This document shows, in pieces, positions 45,526 to 58,456 of a stretch of 64,000 nucleotides of DNA (the stretch's first letter is position 1; each line of letters opens with the position of its first letter). The notes beneath the pieces are model-generated. The model was not told the DNA's origin. It did not search any database and saw only the letters and a list, made by a program, of their open reading frames with translations. Made by a program: the position numbers and the translations under genes. Origin of the DNA: the human T2T-CHM13v2.0 reference genome, Homo sapiens. Location: assembly GCF_009914755.1 (NCBI RefSeq), contig NC_060941.1. One strand, written 5' to 3'.

Positions 45526-46019
45526 CTTGTGGGTTTTTATTTTTATGCATAAAGTACATACTTGGCCACAAAGTAGATTTTAGAAAATAAGCATACTTAA
45601 AATAAAAGGTATGATGTAAAGAGCATAGAGTTCTGAGGTGTAGTGACCCTCATTAGAACATGCATCAAAGCTTGCGTATTCTAGCAAATAAAACAGAAAA
45701 ATAATAATGCTTAACCCCAGAAAACTAAAATATTGAACTCTATAGGTAAAATTTATTTTTAAAGAATTTTGGGTTGCTTTTCCTCTGCCACATGGTATGC
45801 TGATGGAACATAGATCCCAGCATGATAGATTACTCAGAAACTGAAATAGTCTAAAGAAAGCATAACCCAACATAAAACATTTATGGAGAAAACAAAAGGA
45901 ATGAATAACTGATTCCCAAATGGTTCTCTATTTGGAATTATTCATACTGTCTGTAAGATCATCACTGAGGAAAACTGAAAAGGAGATATGACATTATGAT
46001 AAAATGAGCATGGAAAGGG

Positions 46020-46150
46020 CACAAGAAGACTGTTTTTCACATGTGCTCTGCCACTGACCAGTTGTCTGAGTTTAGGTATAATAAGTCATTTCTACCTTCT
46101 ACTACTTTACATCTGTTAAACTAAGAGTGTGCTCTCAGATTTCCCCTCCA
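46020..46150 (+). mobile_element. MIR fragment
   Basis: gctctgccactgaccagttg...aagtcattt...catctgttaaa. Confidence 0.5.
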
Positions 46151-47139
46151 GCTCCGATGCTCTCTTAGCCTACAAAGCATTAATAAAAAAGAATCTCAGT
46201 GTGATTGATCGTGACTTTAACATAGAAATTACTCTTCTTCTGGTGGATGGGAAATTCTCTGTCTCTTCAAATCACATCTATTATTGCAAAACTCAAAATA
46301 AATGTTCAGAAGTTCCATCAAGGCAGAAAAGCAACCGATGCTATCAGAAGTTTACAGTGCTGAGTTTAAAAGAATGTGAATATATGTGTGTGTGTGTATT
46401 CATGTGTTTAGTGTGGGTGCATGTGTGTGTGTCCAGAGAAGGTCACGAGTTTGACCTTCTGGAATCAGCAAAGGTTCCATCCACGGAACCCGCTGTGACG
46501 GCATCTGGAAATTCCTCACTTGGGTCAGTGGGGAGACATTCTCTGTTTACATTGCTTTTGTTTTATACCCATGTGGTGTTCAACATATCAATAATATATT
46601 TCAATCTCATCATGAAACCCTTTAATGATTTACTTTTCAAACCTCCCAGGTCCATTTAGCCACAGGAAAACCTACTCCTTTTGTTACAAGCTGAAACTAT
46701 GACAGTCAAAACACAGACAGAAGAAAAAGCACTTGCTGGAATCTGCTGTTGTTCCTGCTGTTTGCCGGCAGTTGCCATAGTGGAGCTTTCGATGTTTAGA
46801 GAGCACATGAGGAAGGCCACTAATGTCCTGTAATAACTTTTTCTAGAAGTGACACATGTCAAAATGCACAGTTTTTGCACGATTGGCAATATTCATAGAA
46901 GCATTTTCTGTGAAACTCATTATAGCAATCATTGATTCTGGAATACTTTAGTGCTTTACTCCTAAAAATGTTATAGACCTTTTCATATATATCATATTCT
47001 CCTGTGCAGATCACACCAAAAGTTCACTTAGTTCTGCACCATCATCAGAAATTCTCCAAGTTATATGGAGTGTGTTACTGATGTTTTGTTCTGCTCAACA
47101 TACAGCTTTGTAGTGACAGTGGCCACTCAACGAGGCAAC

Positions 47140-47545
47140 AAGACAATTCTCGGGGAATGAAACTACCCACCTCTCCAGACACCCAAGCCAAAACTTTTAG
47201 CATTATATTTGTCTCATCCTTCCCACTCACCAACTGGTTCTAGTTTATTTCCACCTCTGTTTACTCTCCCACCTAAAATTTCTCACATCAATGCATTTCT
47301 GTCTCCATCACAGCCATTGCTGTCCCCAGAACACTAACCTCTGTAGCCTAGATTCAAAATGTCTGCTATATATGCTCCTATACTCTCCCATATAGCTTTA
47401 TTTTTCTACAATGGGATGGAGTAATTCTATTTAAATGTGATCTAATTGTGTCATGCGCATTTGTGAGCCCCTCAGAGATTCCCTTTGTTCACCTAGATGC
47501 TCAATAAATAGTATGTATTGTCTCAATGACTTTAATTGAATAAAC
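47140..47545 (+). mobile_element. L2 fragment
   Basis: cacccaagccaaaacttttagcattat...atgtgatctaattgtgtca...tagatgctcaataaata. Confidence 0.6.
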
Positions 47546-47731
47546 AGTGTTCCCGCAAAGGTATTTATGCACAAAACAAAACATTAGTAAGACATTCATA
47601 TACATTTGGAAGAAAATAGGGTAAGCAAAGTTGAGCAAAAGAAGAAACTTTATTTTTTACAAGTCAACTAACATTTATTTGATAAATATAAAAGAGACAA
47701 TATAACATCTATCCTTAGTTGCAAGTTACAA

Positions 47732-47939
47732 GTAGAAGACAGTGTGGCTATTCCTCAAGGATCCAGAGCCAGAAATACCATTTGACCCAGCAATCCCATT
47801 ACTGGGTATATACCCAAAGGAATATAAATCATTCTACTATGAAGACACACGTACACGTATGTTTACTGCAGCACTATTTACAATAGCAAAGACTTGGAAC
47901 CAACCCAAACGCCCATCAATGATAGACTGGATAAAGAAA
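47732..47939 (+). mobile_element. Internal L1PA (about PA7/8) ORF2 fragment truncated at both ends
   Basis: Frame reads [30 protein letters not shown]...DWIKK; no 3'UTR or poly-A. Confidence 0.9.
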
Positions 47940-48180
47940 CATTTATTAACACATTATGCACCTGGTGATTGATATACATGGTCTCCTTTGTGATCCCTCT
48001 TTTTGTGTGTCATGGGAACCTTTCAATATAGGTTTAATTACTCTCACTTTACAAACAAGAAAACCAAGGTGCAGAGAGACTAAGTGTATTGCTTATACAG
48101 TTACACAGGTAATAAAAACCAGGGCCAGGGTGTCTGTCTAGTTCCAGTGTTTTACTCTGTTCTCAGTCCCATGCACTAGA
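47940..48180 (-). mobile_element. MIR
   Basis: cactttacaaacaagaaaaccaaggtgcagagagactaagtg. Confidence 0.7.
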
Positions 48181-48299
48181 TGAGTTAGTCTTGCCCTCAT
48201 TCCTTCTTGTGATGAACTTCCTCTCCATAGTGAATTATCTCCTTATTTCTTTAGTAATTTTCTGCTCTCTTAATGTCTCTCCTGAGTTAAAAAGGAAAA

Positions 48300-48850
48300 A
48301 GGAGTTTGCACCAGTCATCTCTTGCCTACACGTGCCTATTTCCACAAAGTCATCTCCCATTCATTTCTCAAATCTCTAATAAAACTCGGCTCCATCCCTT
48401 TCACAATCACTTTCTACTACGGTCTCCAATGACATCCATGTCACAGAATCAAATGTCCTTTTCAGCCTCTCCTGCTATAACTTCTTAAGAGCAAATCATA
48501 CCGTCGACTACTTTCTTTAAATTAAACATTATCTTTTCCCAGAAGCTCCTAATTTTCTTTCTTTCACCCTTTTCTCCATGTCTCAATTATCTCATAGGCT
48601 CATCTTCTTCAACAGAAGCTTTTAGTTCCTTGTTAATATTCAAAAGTCTATCCTAGGCTCTTTCTTTTTTCTCCCTACACTCTCTCCATAAGAAATTTGA
48701 TCCACTGTTGAACAATCATAGACATTTAGGTAATTCTTGACACCTTCCTTTTCTTCATCTCCCCCATACCCATTTTATTACATACTCCCGCAGGTTTGAA
48801 CTTCTATATCTTCATAATCCATTGACTTAATTCTATTTTTATCAATCTTG
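48300..48850 (+). mobile_element. L2 fragment
   Basis: ggtctccaatgacatccatgtcacagaatcaaatgtccttttcagcc...taattcttgacaccttcc. Confidence 0.65.
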
Positions 48851-49469
48851 TACTTTTAGTTATTGGAGAAGATGGAATCAATACAAAAATAATATTGATA
48901 TATATATTCCTTTGTTCCCTAGAGAGGAAAAAGGTCAGATCTGGACCTTCTGTGGTGATCCTGGGCCAGTGGCTTTGAAATGTTTCTCAATGGATTCCTC
49001 TCTTTATGAAACTCCTCCTCCAACAACATGTATCTAATCTCCCCTCCATAAAAAGTCCCCTAAACTGTCCCTTCCATCTCTGGCCAGTCAAAACATGAAG
49101 TAAAATAGATACTCTATGGACAGAAGCCTGGAGAAATTCAGTGACGCTATTTGCTTGGGAAAATCCTGTAGCATAAGACCAGTCATAGAGATTGTGCTAA
49201 GTGTATATTTCTCTGGAGGTTGGTAAGCATTTCCTGTTTGGGCTTTTAATAGAGATGGGGTAGGAAAACCTCACCCCTCCCTCAGGCGAGAAGGCAATCT
49301 GACCTAATGTGCATTAGGTTTAATACACAGTCCTGTGGTTGCCTTCAGCATTCCTATTCTTATAGCACATACTCAAGTGTTCCCAATGTCAGAATAAAGT
49401 AGAACAGGCAAAGATCAATAAGTAGCATCAGGTCAAAAATGAAATTACAATGATGTCAGAAAAAGAAGA

Positions 49470-52096
49470 CAGAGGAGCTGGGACTTCTGAAAGAGCAGTA
49501 GAAAAAGCTAGCAGACTCTCTCCTCAGAGAAATAACTTTTAACTGGTGAAAATTATTTTTAATGTAATGTCTCTAAAAGTAAACATTTGATTTAAAAACT
49601 TTAATAAATCTCAGTAAAAACAATAAGAGTCATGTGTGCATTTGAGTCATGAACTCCCTCCCCACAACTCCAAATTTTAGTGTGATAGGAGCCTACTCTG
49701 CATTGATGACCATAAAGTTAGGACTTCCTTTCCCCCTTTAGCTCCAGTCTATGATTAAAGTTTTACCCCAGGAGAGACAGGCTATTGGCATCTCTCATAT
49801 GCCCCCAGCACCATGTTTCAGAATGATTCCAGGCAGAAAGGGTTGAAAGAACTGGAGAACAATGGGTAGAAATTGTACTCTAGATTTTGCAGACTAAGAA
49901 TAGTGGGCTCTCATTGTCCCCACCACAGCTTGCTCATAAAGCAAAGGTTTCACAGAGGAAGGGGCAAGCTGAGAAGATCAGGAGCTACCATACCTGACCA
50001 GTGCTCCAATAATAATGAAGGAGTGTCACTTCTGAAGAAGTGTGATGCTGTCCTTTTTACCAACTCCAGAGCAGTTGTGCAGTTTTTGCTCAAGGGGATA
50101 GGCAGTCCATAAGAACGGAGAGCTCTGAAACTCTTCCTAAGGGCATTGAGTTTATATGCAACTGACTATGGGGAAACTCGCAATAGACATACTAGTAATG
50201 AGCAATAGAGAGGACACTGATAGCTTCATGATAGGAGTAAGTGAAACAGTAGACCACTAGAAGGCTTGGAGTTGGGGCAAACATCAAAGTCTAGCAACAC
50301 CCTAACTTGAAAAAGATGCCTGAATTTAATTGGATCGGACTGTGGAACAATTTAAGTCACAGAGTTTTGGTGAAAACAATACAGCAATCAATTTGCAAAT
50401 AGTGAATTATAATAGCTGAATATAACATCAATAGACATACCAGCAAGAAGCTTAAGAGGAAGGCTGGGAAAAGGAATAGGCAAAGAAAGCTTGGGTAGAA
50501 TCACACTTATCTCTGTTGGTCAGAAAGATTGCACGTATGCCCAAAGCTGCACTCTCTGTGGAGTGACACCAGAGGCATTATGCTGTGGATGAAATTTACT
50601 TTCCGCAACTGTTCTAGCTAAGTCCATAAACAAAGAAACAAGCAAACAAGAACAACAAGTCCATGGGGACAAGGTGAGGTTTGGTATCCAAAAGGTCCAT
50701 TTCAACAAAAGAAACTACAAGACATGTAAAGAAAACATCTGATGCATACACGGAAAATAAAAGTGAATAATTGAAACTATATATATATGTGGGCCCAGAT
50801 GTTAGACTTGGCAGACAAAGACTTTCATGCTATTATCATAAATACATTCCAAAAACCACAGGGAACCATGTTTAAACATGTAAAGGAAGGTTTTATGAGA
50901 ATGGCTTATAAAATAGAAAACATCAACAAGTATAAATTGTTTTTTAAAAGAACTAAATTAGAATTATGTCATTGAAAAGTACAATAACCAAAATAAAAAA
51001 TTTACTGCAGACAATCAGCAGTGTAGGGCTAAAGTTTTTACCCCATGAGAGATAGGCTACTAGCATGGCTCATATGTCTCCAGCACCATTTTAGCTGGCA
51101 GAAGAAAAATAAATAAATAAATAAAACAGCAAATGTAAAGTTAGATTAAGAGAGATTACATAATCAGAAGAACAGAAAGAAAAATATGAAGAAAAATCAA
51201 TAAAGCCTCAAAACATGAAATGGGAGTACCAAATAAAGAGTAGAGAGAGAAACAAAAATATTTTCTTAGAAATACTGACTAAAAACTCCCCAGATTTGAT
51301 GAAAATCATTAATCTGAAAATTAGGAATCTCAATGAACTCCAAGTAGAATCATTACCAAAGACTACCACTCTTAGACACATTATATATGTATATGTAGTC
51401 ACATTATATATACACACCTTATATATACACCCACACACCCACACACACAAAACTCAATAAATAACAGCTGACTTCTCATCAAAAAACATGAAGGCCAGAG
51501 GCACTGGAATCGTATATTCAAAGTACTGGTAGGGAGGGGAATGCCAACTAAGAATATTCTATACAGTAAAGACATCATTCAAACAAGAAAGTAAAATAAA
51601 GACAGTTCAACAGAAACAAAAACTGAGAAATTTTTTCTTGTAGGTCTGCATTATAAAAAATATTAAAAGAAATTATTCAGGCTGAAAGCAAGTAACACAC
51701 AAAAGTAATCTGATTCTACATGGAAAAAATAAAGAGCTTCAGTAGTGCTAATTATATGGGTAATTATGAAAAACAATATTATTGTATATTTCCTCTTTTT
51801 TGTTATCATACCTGGATTTAAAAAGCAATTGCATTATATAATATGCATGTAAGTGTGTTGGGACTATAATATAGAGAAGTGTAGCATATCAGACAATAAT
51901 AGCATAAAGGAGGTGAATAGGAGCAAAGCCCTACTGGAGTAAGAAAATGATACCACATGATAAATTAAATCCACAGAAGAAAAATAAAGAGAACCAGAAA
52001 TGGTAAATAAAATGGTTCCTACAACAAACTTCATAAATACATACTTGCTCTCCTTTCTTCTCTCAACTTCTCTAAAAGACATATAACAATATACTG

Positions 52097-52127
<31 letters not shown>

Positions 52128-53600
52128 TAGTGTATTACAATAACAGCACAGAAGAAATAATTATATGGAGATATCCAGCTATATAGGAGTAAAGTTTCTG
52201 TATCTCACTGGAATTGAATTACTATAAGTCTGAAGTAAATTCTGATACATTAAGACATATATTGTAAACCCTAGACCAACCACAAAGCAAGTAAATTTTT
52301 GAATAGTATTAAAATTATTAAAGGAATTAAAATTTTTACTGGAAATTTTCCACTTGCTGCAAAAGGAACAGGTAAAGGAGAAACAAAGGAACACAAAATT
52401 CTGAAGATATGTAGAAAACAAAAATTTAAATGGCAGAACAAACAAAAATTTAAATGGCAGAACTAAAGTTCATCACTTCATTAATATCATTAAACATGAA
52501 TAGACTGAACAATCTAATCAAAAGGCAAAGATTATCACACTGGGGAATACAACAATAATAAAATCCAAGTATATGCTGTCTATGGAAGACATACTTTGGA
52601 TTCAAAGATGTAAGTAAAATCATGAAAATAAAATATATCATGCCAATAGCAACCATAAGAGAGCTGAAGTGATACGCTAATATGTACTAATATACAAATA
52701 TTAGGCTAAGTATAATTTTAAAATAAAAATGTTACTAGCTATGAAGAGAGACAATTTATAGTGATAGAAGGATCAATGTATCAGGAAGACATAACACTTA
52801 TAAACATATATTCACCAACAACAGAGCCACCAAAATGCATAAAGCAAACAATGACGGCATTGAAGGGAGAATAGACAATTCGACATGATTAGAGACTTCA
52901 GTATGTACTTTCAATAATGGGTAAAACAACTAGACAGAAGATAATGTCATTGAAGACCTAAACGACACCCTAAAACAAATAGACTTAAGAGATCTAATAG
53001 AACCTTTCACTCAAAAACAGCAGACACACATTCTTTTCAAGTACGTACAGAATATTCTCCATATGCTAGGCCATAAAACAATCTTCAATAAATTTTACGA
53101 GATTGAAATCATACAGAATATGTTATCTAACTACATACAATTAGATTAGAAATTAACAACAAATGGAAGTTTGGGAAATTTACAAATAGGTAAATACACA
53201 TTCATAAATAACCAATGTTTCAAAGAAGTAGTTATTAGAAAAATTAGAACATCCTTTGAGATGAATGAAGACAAAAATACAACATAACTTACAGGTTTAA
53301 GTTAAAGCTGTGCTTGGGGGGAAATTTATGTCTGTAAGTTCCTATATTAAAAAAAAATTAGGGCTCAAGCCAGTAACCTAACCTTCCACTTTAGGTAACT
53401 GGAAAAACAAGAACAAACTAAACCCAAAGAATCAGAAAAAAGGAAATAATAAAGAATAGAACAGAAATAAATGAAATTAAACATAGAACAATTATAAAGT
53501 CAACAAAGACTAAAGTTGATTCTTTGAAAAGATCAACAAAATTGACAAAACTTAACCTAGACTGATCACATGAAAAAGAGAGAAAACTCAAAATACTAAA
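49470..53600 (+). mobile_element. Old L1M (L1MD/M4-type): 5'UTR, decayed ORF1, long inter-ORF region and ORF2 endonuclease start
   Basis: cagatgttagacttggcagacaaagacttt, aacagctgacttctcatcaaaaaacatgaaggccagag, caatctaatcaaaaggcaaagatt, ttctttgaaaagatcaacaaaattgacaaa. Confidence 0.88.
52101..52128. repeat. (CA)n microsatellite
   Basis: Directly visible. Confidence 0.92.
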
Positions 53601-54385
53601 TTTTTTTTTATTGGAGATAAAACATGAAGCCTGTGGATGTGTAAGCAGATAATCTTGAAAAATCCAGACAGACAGGGAAATCTGTGAATAGATTGAGGTC
53701 CCTCCCCATCAGCACTGCAGGAAAGAGCACTGGCAATTTGAAAACCAATTTATGGAGACTCTACAGGTTCTGAGGCAGGAAACAAGGAGAACTTAAACAT
53801 GGAAACCGAACTAGAAATTGGTCTACCAGATCTGGCACCACAGAAAGAGCTGTTTCAGAACAAAGCCTGAAGTAGTCATCAGAAAAAATTCACAAGTTCC
53901 GAGCCAGACAAGCTACAGAGAGGACATGATGCCAATACTTCAAATATTAAGCTGGAGCTTCTTTAATCCCTAATGCAAAGATCAGGACTGGTACTAAAAA
54001 CTTGTGCAATTGTCATGTGGGTTAAGTCACCTCTACTGTTAGGAAAAAGCATTTTCTGGATTCTGGGAGGTGTGACCTTGTAAACTGAAATCTACCCCAG
54101 TTTCTCACATTCTTATTTATTTATAAGGAGGCAATTTCAGTGTAATTAATTATAAAACAGAAGTACATATGGATCAATGCTTTTTACAAACAGAAAGGTG
54201 TGTGTGTATTCAAAACTATATATATAATTTAATTTTTCTCAAGACAAAGATATATCTCATTCAGTTTTATACCCATAAGTTTTGGGGTTTTTTTAAGATC
54301 TCAGAAAAAGTGAAGAATTTAAGAAGTTACAATCTGGGATATGAGATTTTTACCCAAAATGCAATATTACATTCTGTCACTAGGT

Positions 54386-54780
54386 CAGTGGTTCGCAAAC
54401 AAATTTGAACTACAAATTTGTCAGGGAATTTTTTGTTTCTGTTTTTCATTTTTAATACAGACTCCTACCTCTTGATGAGAGCAAGCATTTGTTGAGTCCT
54501 TCCTATGTAATGGGCAAGTGCCAGTGTTCTCTTTATGCTACAGAGTAACCTGCGTATACAGAGTAAGCTGGGGAAGCTGGGGAAGCCGGAGCCGTGAAAT
54601 TAAATAACACCATAAAGTTACCTAGCTAGTAATGGGAGAGCTGGAATCCACACACAGGCAGTCTGGCTCCAGAACTGAGCACCATATTAAAATACGCATC
54701 AATATTTCAGGGAAAGTGCTCAGAGTGTTGTATGTTTTTAAAGCCATAGAAGAGACTCATCTGTGCTTGAGAACCACTGC
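54386..54780. mobile_element. MER5-like hAT ends (54386-54470 and 54690-54780) flanking a MIR
   Basis: Terminal inverted repeats cagtggttcgcaaac and cttgagaaccactg. Confidence 0.6.
54480..54686 (-). mobile_element. MIR
   Basis: gcatttgttgagtccttcctatgt...agctagtaatgggagagctggaatccacacacaggcagtctggctccaga. Confidence 0.75.
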
Positions 54781-54984
54781 CCTGGCACTTTTCTGTTTGA
54801 AAGTGTACTTACAAACAGGCTGTGGTTCCTCCAACATCTGTGCTAATATTGCATTAAGTGTTAAGTATTCAGGAAAAAGCCTGTTCTTGCTTCTTCTTTA
54901 ATTGTTTTAGAGAATTCCTACATAGCTTAACAAACATGTTACTTTGATAATAAAGTACATGAATGTGTCTTGAATATACCTTAC

Positions 54985-55190
54985 TTCAATAATAGGTAAT
55001 AATACCAATAATGATGTCTACAGCTTAGTGTAAGACATTGGGCTGAGTTTTGAAATTTACTATCTCTAAGTCTTGCAACATTATCATCATTATAAAATGA
55101 TAGAAATAGAGGCTCTAAAAGGTCCAAGGTGCAAATCCAAATCCTGGATTTGAACTCAGCTATATCGATTTCAAAGTTATTGACCTTTCC
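54985..55190 (-). mobile_element. MIR
   Basis: cattataaaatgatagaaatagaggctc...cctggatttgaactcag. Confidence 0.65.
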
Positions 55191-55649
55191 AAGAAGCCTC
55201 AGAGGCTTCATACATTGTACTTTTAAGAGGGAGCATATTCGAAGTCTGTAACTGGACCTGTTTTAAATTCTGTCCTTTGTTGGTTCTTTCTATGGTTCAA
55301 GACAGTTAAAGTCCTTTTGGCAATCATGATTTTTTTTGAAGTCCCTGCAGTTTCTGGAAAAGATAGATGAAAACAATCTTGCTCCCCATAAGGTTTCTGG
55401 GGTAGGAGAGAGAGGATTAACACAATCAGAGTCTGGAAGAAAACGAAGAAGAGATTAGCTGGATGCTGAATCAAGTAGCTATAAAGAATAGTAGCAGTGT
55501 TGGATGACAAAGTGCTGATAGCTTTTATATTTTCAACTATCAGCATAGATTATTCTAGCAAATGACAATAAAGAAAGAAACTTCCTTGACTTAACAATTG
55601 TGTGACCCCTTGGGTCATATATGAAAATACTCAAGTAAATAGAAACATA

Positions 55650-55860
55650 TGAACATTTAGTGTGAAAATCAGTGGCTACATACAAATTTTTAGCCTCCAA
55701 CTCAGTCACTGACACTCCTTAGCTGACCTTGGGCAACTTATGGAGCTTCTGTGGACCTCAGACCCTCAAGTTATCTATTATGAATGCATTAATATATTCT
55801 ATGTCCCTTATTCCCAGGTCTAAATAAAGATGTATATCCAAATTAAATGTCACAACACAT
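55650..55860 (+). mobile_element. MIR
   Basis: agctgaccttgggcaacttatggagcttctgtggacctcag. Confidence 0.6.
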
Positions 55861-56179
55861 CAAGTACCCAAGAACCTTAAATTCCTGGAAACCAGATAAG
55901 CCACATAGTGATGTGAGGGAAGTATCTACATTTGCAGAAGTCCATAAAGACCACCTTGACTTGTGTTCCAGAAGTCACATTAGGCAGTCCATCCCTCATT
56001 TGTTAATCAGAAGAGATGTTAAGCCAAGATTTTCCTATATTTTTATTAATTTTTGATCAGAGGAGAGAACTAAACTAGGATTTTCTTTAGTACCTTCTTA
56101 CAGATCTTGATAAGATGTTTCAGACATCAACAGGAAAAGACTAGAAGAAATACAAAATTTCTCTCTTGAATGTTGCACA

Positions 56180-56425
56180 ACTGAAACTTGTATACCTTGC
56201 TTTGGGAGTGTAAATTGGTACAACTGCTTTGGAATACCATTTAGTCTTATTCAAGGAGGCTAAACATATGCTTAGTCTATGATCCTATGTCCTAGCAATG
56301 TTCCATTTCTTGATCTGGGTGTTGTTTACATGGCTGTGCTCAGTTTAAAACAAATTTTTGAGGTTATACTTACATTTTGAGCAAGTGTCTATATATTTGC
56401 TATACATCGTAAAATACATTTTTTA
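56180..56425 (+). mobile_element. Old L1M fragments near the 3' end
   Basis: tgggagtgtaaattggtacaactgctttgga; aatgttccatttcttgatctgggtgttgtttacatgg. Confidence 0.65.
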
Positions 56426-56530
56426 ACACTGTCTTATCCTAACACTGCAAGCTTTGAATAGCTGGCTGGGGAGCATTAGCGGACAATGATGTTTAAATGC
56501 ATCATCTCACATGATTATTATGTAACTGTA

Positions 56531-57317
56531 TGTTATGAGCTGAATTGCTTCCCCCAAAAAACATATGTAGAAATCCTAAGCCCCCATACCTGTGAATATG
56601 ACCTTATTCAGAAATAGGGTTTAACTGAGATAATCAAGTGAAAATGAGGTCACACTGAATTACGGCCTGCCCTAATTCAGTCCTTATAAGAATTCATTCC
56701 TTAAAAGAATTTAGTCAGATGTCCTTATAAGAAGATAAGAGATGGCTGGGCGCTGTGGCTCACACCTGTAATCCCGGCACTTTGGGAGGCTGAGGCGGGC
56801 GGATCACGAGGTCAGATCAAGACCATCCTGGCTAACACGGTGAAACTCCGTCTCTACTAAAAATACAAAAATTAGCCAGGCATGGTGGCGAGCACCTGTA
56901 GTCCCAGCTACTCAGGAGGCTGAGGCAGGAGAACCTGGGAGGCGGAGCTTTCAGTGAGCCCAGACCGCACCACTGCACTCCAGCCTGGGCGACAGAGCAA
57001 GACTCCATCTCAAAAAAAAAAAAGAAGAAGAAGAAGAGAAGAGATGTGGACAAAGAGGAAAAACACTGAAACAGAGATGGGAACTGGAGTGATCCCTCTA
57101 CAAGCTGAGGAACACCAAGGATTACTGGCAACACCAGGAACTAAGAAAAGAGAATGGAACAATTTATTCCCCACAGCCTTCAGAGAAAGTGTGGCTTGGC
57201 CATGCCAACACCTTGATTTTGAATGTATAGCCTCCAGAATTAAGAGAATGAATTTCTGTTGTTTTAAGCCACATAGTTTGTGGTAATTTCTTACAGCACC
57301 TCTAGGAAACTAGTACA
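56531..57317 (+). mobile_element. MLT1B/C MaLR LTR, inserted in a MIR and interrupted by AluY
   Basis: tgttatgagctgaattg...atatgaccttattcagaaatagggt...aatttctgttgttttaagccacatagtttgtggtaattt...ggaaactagtaca. Confidence 0.9.
56744..57030 (+). mobile_element. AluY with two small internal deletions
   Basis: accatcctggctaacacggtg and ggcggagctt; TSD aagaaga(t/g)aagagatg. Confidence 0.93.
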
Positions 57318-57455
57318 CCCTACAAGATAGGTGTTGTTATCCCCGTTTTAAAAGTGATGTAACCAAGGATCAAACAAGTTAAGTCACTTGGCCAAGATGA
57401 CACATCTAGAGAGTGTTCAAGCTGATACACAAAAGCCAGATGTGTTCTGATTTCA
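57318..57455 (-). mobile_element. MIR, continuation of a fragment ending near 56530
   Basis: gataggtgttgttatccccgttttaaaag...gttaagtcacttggccaagatgacaca. Confidence 0.7.
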
Positions 57456-57459
57456 ATTA

Positions 57460-57782
<323 letters not shown>

Positions 57783-58029
57783 AATTAGGGGTTGGTGGCC
57801 ACATCACTAAGCCAGCTGCCAGCAAACTCCCTCCAACAACCATCCTTCTGCATCATGCTTGCTGCCAGGAGTTTTTTGCCTCTATCCCTAAGTCTTTGAA
57901 CTAGTTGTGAAGTGATTGTTGGTTATTGAAAACAGTTAATGATGTTTAAGTTCACTTAGAAGGCCATCTTCTTTTGCCACTCACTATATGCCCTTCTATC
58001 TTATAGCAATCAATCAAAGCAAATCCACT

Positions 58030-58456
58030 GTCCCCAGATACTTTTCATGAAGACAATTTTGCTCCTAGTTTCCAGAACATAAAACCAGGGTAATCCTGCA
58101 TGCCCATCTCACATCCCTGAACACGGTGATGAATTCATAAATGGGCACATACCCCAATCAGGCCAATCAAGGGCAGCAAAATTTTCAAAGCCTTTGATTG
58201 ACGTTTCATAGCTTTCCGTTCTCTCAGTAACCTTACAAGAGTGAAGATACAGCTCCAGAGTGAGAAAGAACTGGCAAAAATAGAAAGCGAAGACTCTCGT
58301 CAATACCACATGCCTAAGCCCTGAATTCAATCGGAGTTAAAGCCAAACTTATGGTAGACATTTCAACTTACAAAAGCCAGTAAACTACCTTTTGTTTCAA
58401 AGACCATTTATTACGGATTTTCTGTCTGTTGCAAGTAAGAGCGTCTAATCTAACAT
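58030..58456 (+). mobile_element. Old MLT1 (J/K-type) LTR
   Basis: atgggcacataccccaatcaggccaatca...aagccagtaaactacc...ggattttctgtctgttgcaagtaagagcgtctaatctaaca. Confidence 0.65.

Noticed and set aside
46129-46659. 176-aa ORF, the longest in the track
   Set aside because: Non-ATG start within MIR-like sequence, runs through a (TG)n repeat, and shows no recognisable domain.
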